Source of the DNA: Mobula hypostoma | Lineage: Eukaryota | Length of the DNA: 64,000 bases | Direction: 5' to 3' | Assembly: GCF_963921235.1 (NCBI RefSeq) | Contig: NC_086097.1 | Coordinates: 44,518,001-44,582,000 of the forward strand | Part shown: piece by piece, positions 24,599-37,289 of the stretch | Layout of the letters: the number at the start of each line of letters is the position of its first letter | Position numbering within the stretch: the first letter of the stretch is position 1 | Made by a program: the position numbers and the translations under genes | Notes under the pieces: generated by a model | Told to the model about the DNA's origin: nothing | Database searches by the model: none | The model's input: the letters and a program-made list of their open reading frames with translations, nothing else

Positions 24599-25104
24599 AA
24601 AAGTGGATAAGGTTGGCATTGCTAAATGATGCAAATCATTCTGGGATTCTGGGCATTATCTTAGTAATGAAGCTCATCTACTGGCTCTATACCTAGAACC
24701 AAAGCCTCAGTCCAGTACAGGGCATTAATTGCTTTCGCCTTTGTACTGCTCAACATGGTATTGTACCAAGGTGCAACAGGTGATAGTAGCCACACCTGGC
24801 AGTTACTTGTGCCAAGCTGCAACAGGGAGAGTAGCCAATACTCTTCTTATAGAGGCTCACCTAGGATTCTTCCCCATTGATCAAGTGATTTGGGTTGAGA
24901 AAATACTGGACCTTGCATGCATTGCCGGTTTTCTTGTCATTCAGATGGTCACAGACTGTACCCATATTATCCTGGTTAAAAGGCAGATATCTTGTTTAAG
25001 CATAAACAGGAAAATACAGGTAGTAAATAATGAGAACGTCTATGCTCAGTTTCTCTGTTGTTTTTTCCTCTCCACACCTTGCTGTTTCTTTGGCAATTTT
25101 GTCT

Positions 25105-25242
25105 GTTTTCTTTTTACACAGACGAGTTGCTAGCTCGACACTCAACCCAGCAAGGATGGAAACCGTGCAAGGAGCCAGCAGGGTTCAAACCCAGGACCAC
25201 TCGCCTCAAAGTCCAGTGCTGATGCCACTACACCCACCACCC
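25105..25242 (-). mobile_element. tRNA-derived SINE fragment (same family as 33365-33514)
   Basis: Shares gctagctcgac.ctcaaccc.gca..gatggaaa.cgtgc and agtccag.gctgatgcca.t with the 33.4-kb copy. Confidence 0.65.
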
Positions 25243-25814
25243 AGTTTCTCTGTAGGCAACCCAAGTTTCAAAGTTTTCTGTCCCATCATCTACCCATAGC
25301 AATATGTTAATGTTAATTACATTAGTGCTTGTGCAGTAACCATGTCTGTTGTGTATAATCAAATACCTTTTAGAAATCTGAATATATCGTACCACGATAT
25401 ATATTAGTTCCCTTTTATTCTGTCACTTACCTCCTCAAATAATGTAATGTATTTATTAAACATGATTCCCTTGATTAAATGCAATTGATGCTGTATCATC
25501 ATGTTTTTAGATATTTTTAAAATAGTTTCTTTACTAAGAAATCCCAGCATTTTTCAACACCCAATGTTAGGATAATGGGTGCGTAGGTTTCTTGTCTTCT
25601 CTCTCCCTAGTCACCACTGAGGAGGAGGTAATGTGCACTCCTTCTAATAAAGCTACTCCCCCAAGCTGTGGGATTTAGATGTATAATGTAACATCATCTA
25701 TTTTCCAAGTCAGGATCGCGTGTGATATGTTTGTTGGCTTTTGAATGCTTGAAGCAAATTCATATGCTTACTTTTAACACCTTTGGAATAATTTTTCTTG
25801 TACATTGGGGAGTG

Positions 25815-26245
25815 TTCGAAGGAGGTCACAAAACTAATTCTGGGATTGAAAGGCTTATCATATGAGGAGTGTTTGATGGCACTGGGCCTGTACTAGCTGG
25901 AAATCAGAAGAATGAGGGAGAGGATCCCATTGAAACCTACCTAATGTTGGAAGACCTCAAAAGAGAGGATGTGGAGATGATAGTAGGGAGAGTCTAAGAC
26001 CAGAGGGCACAGCCTCAGAATAGAGGAACATCCACTTAGAACGTAGATTAGCCGGAATTTCTTGAGCCAGAGAGTGACGAATCTTTGGAATTCATTGCCA
26101 TGTCACTGGGTATATTTAAGGCAGAGGTTAATAGATTCTTGATTGGTCAGGGCATGAAGGGATACGGGGAGAAGGCAGGAGATTGGGGCTGAGATAGAAA
26201 ATGGATCAGCCATGATGAAATGGCGGAGCAGGCTAAATGGTCTAA
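25815..26245 (+). mobile_element. Decayed CR1 3' fragment
   Basis: Remnants of LSYEE.L..LGLY.LE, TRGHSLRI and QRVTNLWNSLP, plus the 3'UTR motif gatcagccatgat. Confidence 0.75.
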
Positions 26246-27167
26246 GATCCAATTTAGTTTTAAAGCTGCATATGTTACTTGTGAGCAAACAGTCTGTCAT
26301 AGGCTACCTTTGCGGGCATGTTGTACAATGTTCTACCAACTACCATCGTAGAAGCCGATGACACCAGAGATGGAATGCTGGGAGATTTGGTGGGATTTCT
26401 CATTCAAGTCTCATTCATTTCTCATTCTCATTCATGAGTGAAGTGAGGATTTGGTGGTGAGTTTGCTTAGGGCATTCAAGAACCAGGTGGGAGGGAGGAG
26501 GATTTACACATGTGGCAACTTCCCCAGAATAAGATACTTAATATAATTATGTCCATTGTTTGTGCCACATTAGTCACTTCTGTGGCTAACTAATTGCTCT
26601 TTCCAGCTGCTCATTTCAGGAGGGAAGAAGGAACAGTTTACTAAATGTGACATTGCTTGAGAAATGGCAGCCTTGTGTAGGGCGACAGCATGTCTGTTAA
26701 TCTGCATTAAAACAGCCTGCTTCTGGAGGACAAGGCAGACGAACATCTGATCTTCTTTTGTTCCAGGTCTTTTACCCAATTGTGGAAGGGAGCTCAGGAT
26801 CTCTGCAGCAGCAGTTTGAGTATTCGCAACAGTCAAAGCTCGTATTCTATCTTCATCTGTCTTCCATCTTGGACAACTCTTCCCTTCCACTTATCTCTGG
26901 AGTCCTTTAACGTCCGGAAATCTATCAAACTGCTTAAACTGACACAACACCTGGCTCTCTACAGCCCTTTTGAGCAAAGAATTCCAACAATTCACATTTG
27001 CTTAAGTAAATGGCCAATCTTATTCTGAGTTTCTGACTTCTGGTTCCAGATTCCGCAGCCCAGGGAAGCATAATAAACTCTCAGTGAGAACTGACTGCAC
27101 AGGTGGCTATGCACATGGAACAAATTTCTACACCTGTACCGATACACGTGGTGCAGCCTGCAGAAAC

Positions 27168-27660
27168 CTGGAACTGGAATTAGTTTATTGTCACGTGCAC
27201 CGAGACATGGAGAAAAGCTGTTCAACAATTGAGGTAGAACGAGGTAAAAAAAAACACAATGAAGAATTAAAAGTAACAGCTGCAGAGGAAGTGCAGTGCA
27301 GGTAAACAGTTAGGTGCAAAGTCATATCAGGGTAGATTGCAAGCAACACACATAAAAGTTGCCGGTGAACGCAGCAGGCCAGGATGCTGCCTGGCCCGCT
27401 GCGTTCACCAGCAACTTTTATGTGTGTTGTTTGAAATTCCAGCATCTGCAGATTTCCTCGTGTCAAGGTAGATTGTGAGGTCAAGAATCCATTTTATTAT
27501 ACAGTACTTGGGAATTGTTTAATAGTCTTATCACAGCAGAAGAGAAGCTATCCTTGAGCCTGGTGTATTGTGCTTTTAGGTTATTTTATCTTCTATCCAC
27601 TAGAAGAGGGGAAAAGAGAGAATGTCTGGGGTAGGTGGGGTCTTTGATTATGTTGGCTGA
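27168..27660 (-). mobile_element. Rex1-like LINE 3' end with nested mini PLE hairpin
   Basis: Tail-like ctggaactggaattagtttattgtcac and remnant gaagctatccttgagcctggtg, typical of the reverse 3' end of this family in the window. Confidence 0.55.
27340..27462. repeat. ~120-bp palindromic PLE-terminus element with TSD
   Basis: The arms CAAGCAACACACATAAAAGTTGCCGGTGAACGCAGCAGGCCAGG and CCTGGCCCGCTGCGTTCACCAGCAACTTTTATGTGTGTTGTTTG are reverse complements. TSD TCA(G/A)GGTAGATTG lies at 27327-27339 and 27463-27475. Confidence 0.85.
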
Positions 27661-28160
27661 TTTGCTGAGGATGTGAGAAGAGATAAGATCAGGAACATCA
27701 AAGAAGTTAATAGTGTTAATTTAAAACCAAATAGGACACATGCTGAAGAAAACAGTACTGAGAATTTGAGGAAAAGGGCAGATTGAAGTAATATAGGGAG
27801 GAAACTCAGATCCATATTATCATGAGAACTAACAATGATAATTACAGGTGGGATGGACAAAATGAAAAAGAAATGGGGTTAATATGAGAAATGGGAAGTA
27901 AACTGCATTGTGGGGTCTCAAAAGAGCAGGGAAGGGGAAGCAAAGGTAAATAGTTATCTTCCTTAAAAACAAACCATTTTGACACACAGAAAGTGTAATT
28001 TTAATACTATAACTGTGTCGCTATTATTGGCATATGAACTTTATTAATGTCAGCTGAAAAAATAGTCGTCACCAAAAGCCCGAAATGTCTAGACTTGTGT
28101 CAAACTCTATGTTTCGGTTCTGTCATATATTATTCTACAACAGTACATTGGCAATATGAT

Positions 28161-29261
28161 CGCAAACAACAGGAATTCTGCAGATGCTGGAAATTCAAGC
28201 AACATACATCAAAGTTGCTGGTGAACGCAGCAGGCCAAGCAGCATCTATAGGAAGAGGCGCAGTCGACGTTTCAGGCCGAGACCCTTCGTCAGGACTAAC
28301 TGAAGGAAGAGTGAGTAAGGGATTTGAAAGCTGGAGGGGGAGGGGGAGATCCAAAATGATAGGAGAAGACAGGAGGGGGAGGGATAGAGCCGAGAGCTGG
28401 ACAGGTGATAGGCAAAAGGGGATACGAGAGGATAATGGGACAGGAGGTCCGGGAAGAAAGACGGGGGGGGGGTGACCCAGAGGATGGGCAAGAGGTATAT
28501 TCAGAGGGACAGAGGGAGAAAAAGGAGAGTGAGAGAAAGAATGTGTGCATAAAAATGAGTAACAGATGGGGTACGAGGGGGAGGTGGGGCCTTAGCGGAA
28601 GTTAGAGAAGTCGATGTTCATGCCATCAGGTTGGAGGCTACCCAGACGGAATATAAGGTGTTGTTCCTCCAACCTGAGTGTGGCTTCATCTTTACAGTAG
28701 AGGAGGCCGTGGATAGACATATCAGAATGGGAATGGGATGTGGAATTAAAATGTGTGGCCACTGGGAGATCCTGCTTTCTCTGGCGGACAGAGCGTAGAT
28801 GTTCAGCAAAGCGGTCTCCCAGTCTGCGTCGGGTCTCACCAATATATAAAAGGCCACATCGGGAGCACCGGACGCAGTATATCACCCCAGTCGACTCACA
28901 GGTGAAGTGATGCCTCACCTGGAAGGACTGTTTGGGGCCCTGAACGGTGGTAAGGGAGGAAGTGTAAGGGCATGTGTAGCACTTGTTCCGCTAACACGGA
29001 TAAGTGCCAGGAGGGAGATCAGTAGGGAGGGATGGGGGGGACGAATGGACGAGGGAGTTGTGTAGGGAGCGATCCCTGCGGAATGCAGAGAGAGGGGGGG
29101 AGGGAACGATGTGCTTAGTGGTGGGATCCCGTTGGAGGTGGCGGAAGTTACGGAGAATAATATGTTGGACCTGGAGGCTGGTGGGGTGGTAGGTGAGGAC
29201 CAGGGGAACCCTATTCCTAGTGGGGTGGCGGGAGGATGGAGTGAGAGCAGATGTACGTGAA
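28161..29261 (-). mobile_element. Young Penelope-like element, intact GIY-YIG domain, 14-bp TSD
   Basis: ORF 28592-28918 reads VIYCVRCSRCGLLYIGETRRRLGDRFAEHLRS..GMNIDFSNFR*, with upstream RVPLVLTYHP..PPLSAFRRD. TSD ATTGGCAATATGAT lies at 28147-28160 and 29262-29275. Confidence 0.92.
28261..28297 (-). ncRNA. Minimal hammerhead ribozyme motif (core intact)
   Basis: Reverse strand reads AGTC-CTGACGA-A-GGGTCTCGGCCT-GAAA-CGTC-GACTG. Confidence 0.75.
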
Positions 29262-29515
29262 ATTGGCAATATGATGCTGGCATTCATAACGTAAATGTGA
29301 AAAATTCTTATTAGGCTCATCTTGAAACTTAATATTACATTTTACCATCTGTTTCTATTGATTAAACAGTAGTAATTTATTTTACTTATATGCCAGTAAT
29401 CTAATTATAGCAAGGTTAAACCGGTTTCCAGATTAAAGATTAGTGTAGTGTCTTGAAATTATTCCATGTAGTCTAATACTTTACACAGGTCATTTTATTT
29501 ATTTGTTTTGTTCAG

Positions 29516-29551
29516 CTTTTAAATAAATATGAAACCTTTGATGTTGCCAAG
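29516..29551 (+). other. Candidate 36-nt internal exon of an unidentified host gene
   Basis: Branch-like CTAAT (~29473), acceptor TTTTATTTATTTGTTTTGTTCAG and donor AAG|GTAAAT. The phase 0-0 frame LLNKYETFDVAK is open, and the exon lies in non-repeat AT-rich DNA. Confidence 0.45.
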
Positions 29552-29873
29552 GTAAATATGGACTGCTGATAAGGTGATAACTTGCAATGTGGCCTTAATT
29601 AAGGTTTATTTGTTTAAGTTCATTATCAGAAAATTCTGCAGATAATTTAAATTGTAAAACAATAAAATATTATGGCTTGGTGTACTTTTATTAGCAAACA
29701 TAAAGGTGAAACTAATGCTTCTCAGCTAAACTTAGCATTCAAAATTTTGGAAGTTATTGAGTGTTCAGTTACTACCAAATTATATTCTTCCTGGCCATAG
29801 TATATACCCACCCCCCCGACCCATAATTATATCTCTCCAATTTCTCAGGACAATCTCCAATTTTCTGTGCTTC

Positions 29874-30366
29874 TGTCAAGACGCTGAAGCAGGGACCCAT
29901 TCGCAGACCACGTACTGTGCACACTATGATATTTATTGAGTAGCAAATCTGGGGGCGGGGGGGAGGGGGACAACAAAGTCGGTGTCAAAGTTCAGGCGGA
30001 GATCAAAAATTCCAGAGAAATCCGAAAACCAGAATCGGGAAACAGGCAGAGTCGATATTCGGACGGACAGAGTTCAGATACAAATGCTGGAAAACTCACT
30101 GGCACAATCTGGCAACAGACAGGTGAAAACACAGGACTAAAATACACTGAGCAATAAACAGAGAGGCAGATGATAGGTGGAGCACCAGGTAATAATGAGA
30201 AACAGGTGAGAGGTGGAGTACTCAGTAATACAAGGGCTGGAGTAGAGCAGGAGCGGGGACAGGAGCACATGGGCATGAAAACAAATGAGCACATAGCAAT
30301 ACAAAACCACAGACTGACGGCTACGGAGAATCACACAAAAGGACACTTCAACTGGAGGTACTGACA
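29874..30366 (-). mobile_element. Solo LTR (493 bp) with 5-bp TSD
   Basis: TGTCA...TGACA termini and TSD GCTTC at 29869-29873 and 30367-30371. AATAAA is on the minus strand near 29932-29937. The paralogous empty site is at ~33189-33193. Confidence 0.88.
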
Positions 30367-30562
30367 GCTTCATATCAGACAGCTGTCCCATCAGCCCCAA
30401 AATTCTGGAATTCCCTCCATAATTCTCTCTGTCTCAACCACCATTAAACCATTCCTTAAAATTTGTCACTTCAACCAAGCTCTTGGATTTCTCACCTAAT
30501 GTTCTGTATATTGGTCAGTCCAGAGTCAGGATGAAAATGCTTCAAAGAAGCATCTTGGGATA

Positions 30563-31824
30563 TTGCATTTTGCCTATCACCACAATAGGTCAACAGCAGA
30601 TGCAATCTTAATGGCTCTTCACACAGCTTTAGACCACCTGGACAACACAAACACCTATGCCAGGATGTTGTTCATTGACTATAGCTCAGCATTTAATACC
30701 ATCATTCCCACAATCCTGATTGAGAAGTTGCAGAACCTGGGCCTCTGTTCCTCCCTCTACAATTGGATCCTAGACTTCCTAACTGGAAAACCACAATCGG
30801 TGCGGATTGGTGATGACATCTCCTCCTTGCTGACGATCAATACTGGTGCACATCATGAGTGTGTGCTTAGCCCACTGCTCTACTCTCCCTATACCCATGA
30901 CTGTGTGGCTAGGCATAGGTCAAATGCCATCTATAAATTTGCTGACAATACAATCATTGTTGGTAGAATCTCAGGTGGTGACGAGAGGGTGTACAGGAGT
31001 GAGATATGCCAACTAGTGGAGTGGTGTCGCAGCAACAACTTGGCAAAGACAAAAGAATTGATTGTGGACTTCAGGAAGGGTAAGACGAAGGAACACATAC
31101 CAATCCTCATGGAGGGATCAGAAGTGGAGAAAGTGAGCAGCTTCAAGATCCTGGGTGTCAAGATCTTTGAGGATTTAACCTGGTCTGAACATATTGATGT
31201 AGTTATAAAAAAGGCAAGGCAGTGGCTATACCTTATTAGGAGTTTGAAGAGAATTGGCATGTAAACAAATACACTCTAAAACATCTATAATTGTACCGTG
31301 GAGAGCATTCTGACAGGCTGCATCACTATCTGGTATGGAGGGGCTACTGCACAGGACCAAAAGAAGCTGCAGAAGTTTGTAAATCTAATCAGCTCCATCT
31401 TGGGCACTAGTCTACAAAGTACCCAGGAGAACTTCAGGGAGCAGTGTCTCAGAAAGGAAGCGTCCATTATTAAGGACCTCCAGCACCCAGGGCATGCCCT
31501 TTTCTCACTCTTACCATCAGGTAGGAGGTACAGAAGCCTGAAGGCACACACTCAGCGATTCAGGAACAGCTTCTTCCCCTCTGCCATCCAATTCCTAAGC
31601 GGACATTGAATCTTTGGACACTACCTCACTTTTTTTAATATACAGTATTTCTGTTTTTGCATTTTTTTAATCTATTCAATATACATAATTGATTTACTCA
31701 TTTATTTATTATTATTATCATTTTTTTCTCTGCTAGATTATATATTGCATTGAACCGCTGCTAAGTTTACAAATTTCACGTCACATGCTGGTGATAATAA
31801 ATCTGATTCTGATTCTGATTCTGA
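30563..31824 (+). mobile_element. Rex1/Babar-type LINE, 5'-truncated
   Basis: [76 protein letters not shown]; (TTCTGA)n tail at 31802-31824. Confidence 0.92.
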
Positions 31825-32440
31825 AATGTCGGCTAGTCCTATTTACGTGTATTTGACTGATATCCCCCTCTAACCCTTTCTCTAAACCTTGCTATTTGTT
31901 ATTTCAATGTGAATACGCAATTCTTGATCAGAAAGTTTATGGATGACACGAAATTAGGTGTTGTTGACAACGAAGAAAGTTATCATAGATTACAGAGAGA
32001 TCACAATCAATTAAAGAAGGGGACAGAAGTGCAAATAGATTTCAAAACAGATAAGTGTGAGGTGATGCATTTTGGAAAGTCAAACCAGTGTATAACTCAA
32101 TACATGAATGGTAGCAGGTAGAGAGAGTAATGGAAAGAGAGACCAGGCAGCTCAAATGCATAGTTTGTTAAAATCAGCCTCACAGGTAGACAGGGTGGGG
32201 AAAAAGGCATTTTGCATGCAGCCTTTAAAAGTCAGGACAGAGAACATGGAACAGTACAGCACAGAAACAGGCTCTTTGGCCCACGGTATTGCCGGGAGGG
32301 AGATCGGTGGGGAGGGACAAACGGGCAAGGGAATCGTGTAGGGAGTGATCCCTGCGGAAAGTAGAAAGTGGTGGTGGGATCTCTCTGGAGATGGCGGAAG
32401 TTACGGAGAATTATTGGCTGATGGGGTGGTAGATGAGGAC

Positions 32441-32862
32441 AATCAGAATCCGGTTTATTACCACCGGCATGTGTCGTGAAATTTGTTAACTTAGCAGCAG
32501 CAGTCAATGCAATACATAATATAGAAGAAAAAAAATAATAAATAAATAAATCAATTACAGTATACCAATATTGAATAGATTAAAAATTGTGCAAAAAACA
32601 AATAATATATATTTAAAAAGTGAGGTTGTGTTCAAGGGTTCAATGTCCATTTAGGAATCGGATGGCAGAGGGGAAGAAGCTGTTCCTGAATCGCTGAGTG
32701 TGTGCCTCCAGGCTTCTGTAGCTCCTACCTGATGGTAACAGTGAGAAAAGGGCATGCCCTAGCTGCTGAAGGTCCTTAATAATGGATGATGCCTTTGCAA
32801 AACACTGCACCTTGAAGATGTCCTGTACTTTGTAGGCTAGTGCCCAAGATGGAGCTGACTAG
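32441..32862 (-). mobile_element. Rex1/Babar-type LINE 3' end (same family as 30563-31824, inverted)
   Basis: Reverse complement of ~31380-31815 including the 3'UTR and the AATCAGAATC tail. Confidence 0.85.
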
Positions 32863-33364
32863 ATTAGTTGGCATGAATGAGGTGATTGAAGGGCCTGTTC
32901 CTGACTGCTCTATGACCACAATTAGTCATGCACTCTGGTCAATTGTTCCAGCAACAGACTTCCTCAATTTGAACATTAACTTATACAATGAAAAATTTAA
33001 AAATTGCATCACTATTAAAGGAAGGTGAAACTAATGCTTCTCAGCTAATCTTAGCTTCGAGCATTCAAAATTTTGAAAGTTATTGAGTGTTCAATTACTA
33101 CCAAATTATTTTTGTACTGGCCATGGTATCTACCCCCAGACCCATAATTGTATCTCTCCAGTTTCTCTGGACAATCTCCAATTTCTGTGCTTCATATCCG
33201 ACAGCTGTCCCATCAGCCCTCAAAATCTGGAATTCCCTCCATAGTTCTCTCTGTCTCAACCACCATTAGACCATTCCTTAAAATTTGATGGACAAGCCTG
33301 TGGAATTGACCAATCATGTGATGTCACATGACAGTCTGATAACCAGTCACACCATGGATTAGAC

Positions 33365-33514
33365 GGCTTGTTTTTTTACGAGGCCGAGCGGCTAGCTTGA
33401 CGCTCAACCCGGCACAGATGGAAAGCGTGCTCGCGGGGTGGCCTGACTTGGATTTGAACTCGGGAGCCTTCGCTCTGGAGTCCAGCGCTGATGCCATTGC
33501 GCCACCAGCCGGCC
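33365..33514 (-). mobile_element. tRNA-derived SINE (tRNA-Trp-like head)
   Basis: Reverse strand GGCCGGCTGG TGGCGCAATGG CATCAGCGCTGGA CTCCAGA GCGAAGGCTCCCGA GTTCAAATCC contains an A box, a CCA-like anticodon loop and a B box. Confidence 0.75.
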
Positions 33515-33519
33515 ATTTT

Positions 33520-34640
33520 TGAAGTGTAATCAAAAAAGGTAGATGAGGAGAGGACAGTGGATGTTGTCTATTTGGATTTTGGGAAGGTCTTGCTGGGCAG
33601 TCTGGTCTGTAAGGTTAGATCCAGCGGAAGGTAGTTAGAATTGACTTCAATTTAGAAAGCAGAAGGTGGTGGTTGAAGGTTGCTTCCTGGAATGGAGGCC
33701 AGTAACTGGAGGTATGTCGCAGGGGTTTGTTATTGGGACCCTTGTTAGTTGTTATTTAGATGCAAATATGCAATTCTTGATCAGTATGTGTTTGGATGAC
33801 TTGAAATTGGGAGGTGTTGTTGACAGTGAAGAAAGTTACCACAGATTACAGAGAGATCACAATCAATTAAGGAAGTGGGACAAGAAGTGCAAATGGATTT
33901 CAAAACAGACTAGCATGAAGTGATGCATTTTGGAAAGTCAAAATGGGGGTGAAAAAGGCATTTAGGATGCAGCCTTTAAAAGTCAGGACATAGAACATGG
34001 AACATTACAGCACACGCTCTTTGGCCCACGGTATTGTGCTAAACCAATTAAATTAGTAATCGAATGGCAAACTGAACTAATCTCTTCTGCCTACACAGTG
34101 TCCATGTCCTTCCATTTTCCAACATTCACGTGTCTACCTAAACATCTCTTAAAAGTCTCAAATGTTTCTGCCTCTTCTACCACACGGGCAGCGCATTCCA
34201 AGCACCCACTAATCACTGACCAAAAAGCTTGCGCCTCATATCTCTTTTGAAATTACCCCCTCTCACCTTAAATGCATTCCCTCTGGTATGAGACATTTCA
34301 ACCTGGCATTAGAAATTTCAAATTAAGCATGAGTGCAGGAGTTGGCAAATTACATTACTGTGAGTCATTGGTCAGGCTGTATTGGAGCACTTTTTGTCTG
34401 CTGTTGTATGAAAAATGTGCCTAAACTGAAAAGAGTTCACAAATGATTTATGATGATTTTTGCCTGGACTAGAGGGCATGAGTTAAAGGGAATGGTTGGC
34501 CAGACTAGGTCTTTATCCCTTACAGCATAGGAGAATGAGGGGTGAGATTATAGAGGTTTATAAAATCATGAGAAGCATAATTGTTAGCCATCTTTACCCC
34601 AGGGTAGGAGAGTCCAAAACCAGAGGATATGGATTTAAAT
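33520..34640 (+). mobile_element. Old CR1 fragments (with an opposite-strand CR1 3' piece at ~33990-34310)
   Basis: Peptide remnants VDVVYLDF, VVEGCFLEWRPVTGGMSQG, DDLKLGGVVDSEE and RMRGEIIEVYKIMR. Confidence 0.65.
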
Positions 34641-35297
34641 GGTGTCATATATGTACTCTGATACAGTAATAACATTTACTTCGAACTTTGAATTAAACTC
34701 GTTTTCTTGTAACAAAACAGAGTTGGAATTTTTTTACCTAGCAAGCTGTAAAGATATAATGCAATGAGCATACAACGGGCATGCACTCTTTGGAAAGACA
34801 AGTATTTCCAATACATAATCATCCTTTTTTTTTGCACACTGGTTGAATGCTAATGTTGGTGCTATTTTCATTGATTCTATTATGGTTATTATTCTATTGT
34901 GCATTTATTGAGTATATGCACAAGAAAATGAGTCTCAGGGTTGTGTTTGGTGACTTATATGTACTTTGATAATAAATTTATTTTGAACTTTGAACTCCAT
35001 ATTTTCAGTGTATAAGTAAAATATTAGTGAAATTGTAGTCCTGATTTAGTGGAGCTTACTGAGATTTTAGGAAATGTACTTGAGCATCTTGTGTTAACGG
35101 TTATATTTAACTTCCACCTTAAACTTCCTTGTTATTGAAACAATTAGCACAGGTATCTTTAGTTGCCTACAAATCTGAGACAGCTGTTACTTTCCATTAT
35201 CCCCCTTGGAATCTGGAATAAGGGGGAATGTATCTCTATTCCCAGTTTCTCAGAGAAGTTGGTTATGGTCCTATATGAATTGCTGTTGTAGTCACGA

Positions 35298-37145
35298 TAG
35301 AAACATAGAAACATAGAAAACCTACAGCACAATACAGGCCCTTCGGCCCTCAAAGCTGTGCCGAACATGTACTTACTTTAGAACTACCTAGGCTTACCCA
35401 TAGCCCTCTATTTTTCTAAGCTCCATGTACCTATTCAGGAGACTCTTAAAGACCCTATTGTATCCACCTCCACCGCCGCCGCTGGCAGTCCATTCCACAC
35501 ACACACCACTCTCTGCGTAAAAAACTTACCCCTGACATCTCCTCTGTGCCTACTTCCAAGCATCTTAAAACTGTGCCCTCTTGTGCTAGCCATTTCAGCC
35601 CTGGGAAAAAGCCTCTGACTATCTACATGATAAATGACTCTCATTATCTTGTACACCTCTGTCAGGTCACCTCTCATTCTCCGTTGCTCCAAGGAGAAAA
35701 GGCCGAGCTCACTCAACCTATTCTCATAAGGCATGCTCCCCAATCCAGGCAACACCCTTGTAAATCTCCTCTGCACCCTTTCTATGGTTTCCACGTCCTT
35801 CCTGTAGTGAGGCAAACAGAATTGAGCACCGTACTCCAAGTAGGGTCTGACCAGGGTCTTATACAGCTGTAATATTACCTCTTGGCTCCAAAACTCAATC
35901 CCACGATTGATGAAGGCCAATGCACCATATGCCTTCTTAACCACGGAGTCAACCAGCGCAGCAGCTTTGAGTGTCCTATGGACTCGGACCCCAAGATCCC
36001 TCTGATCCTTCACACTGCCAAGAGTCTTACTATTAATACTATATTCTGCCACCATATTTGACCTCTCAAAATGAACCACCTCACATTTATCTGGGTTGAA
36101 CCCCATCTGCCACTTCTCAGGCCAGTTTTACATTCTATCAATGTCCAGCTGTAACCTCTGACAGCCCTCCACACTATCCACAACACCCCCAACCTTTGTA
36201 TCATCAGCAAATTTACTAACCCATCCCTCCACTGCCTCATCCAGGTTATTTATAAGAATCACAAAGAGTAGGGGTCCCAGAACAGATCCCTGAGGCACAC
36301 CACTGGTCACCAACCTCCATGCAGAATATGACCCATCTACAACCACTCTTTGCCTTCTGTGGGCAGGCCAGTTCTGAATCCACAAGGCAATGTCCCCTTG
36401 GATCCCATGCCTCCTTACTTTCTCAATAAGCCTTGCATGGGGTACCTTATCAAATGCCTTGCTAAAATCCATATACACTACATCTACGGCTCTACCTTCA
36501 TCAATGTGTTTAGTCACATCCTTAAAAAATTCAATCAGGCTTGTAAGGCATGATCTGCCTTTGACAAAGCCACGCTGACTATCCCTAATCATATTATGTC
36601 TCTCCAAATGTTCATAAATCCTGCCTTTCAGGATCTTCTCCATCAACTTACCAACCACTGAAGTAAGACTCACTAGTCTATAATTTCCTGAACTATCCCT
36701 ACTCCCTTTCTTGAATAAGGGAACATCATCTGCAACCCTCCAATCTTCTGGAACCTCTCCCGTCCTCATTTATTAAGCAAAGATCATCGCCAGAGGCTCA
36801 GCAATCTCCACAGTAGCCTGGGGTACATCCCATCCGGTCCCGGTGACTTATCCAACTTGATGCTTTCCAAAAGCTCCAGCACATCCTCTTCCTTAATATC
36901 TACATGCTCAAACTTTTCAATCCACTGTAAGTCATCCCTACAGTTGCCAAGATCCTTTTCTGTAGTGAATACTGAAGCAAAGTATTCATTAAGTACCTCT
37001 GCCATCTCCTCTGGTTCTATACACATTTTTCCACTGTCACACTTGATTGGTCCTATTCTCTCATGTCTTATCCTCTTGATCTTCACTTACTTGTAGAATG
37101 CACTGGGGTTTTCCTTAATCCTGTCCGCCAAGGCCTTCTCATGTC
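35298..37145 (-). mobile_element. CR1 LINE, 5'-truncated (same subfamily as 40325-44878)
   Basis: ORFs 36784-37086, 36128-36769 (GVPQGSVLGP, FADDTK) and 35435-36106, with a (TTTCTATG)n tail at 35298-35320. Confidence 0.93.
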
Positions 37146-37289
37146 TCATCAATTCTGCTGACAAGAATGTTTTGGACTTTGATTGTACGAGAATAAAAGA
37201 AAAGCCAGGTTTGTTCAAATTGCTCATGAGCTGAAGTTGATGACTGAGTGATATTGTTGTTACTACGTTATCTTTCTCTAACTACCCTA

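Noticed and set aside
26570..26890. 106-aa minus ORF and plus-strand acceptor near 26607
   Set aside because: No recognisable domain, no matching donor, and short frames with early stops on the plus strand.
33440..33514. Functional tRNA-Trp gene
   Set aside because: A and B boxes are present but the acceptor stem does not form, and the sequence continues into a SINE body shared with 25105-25242.
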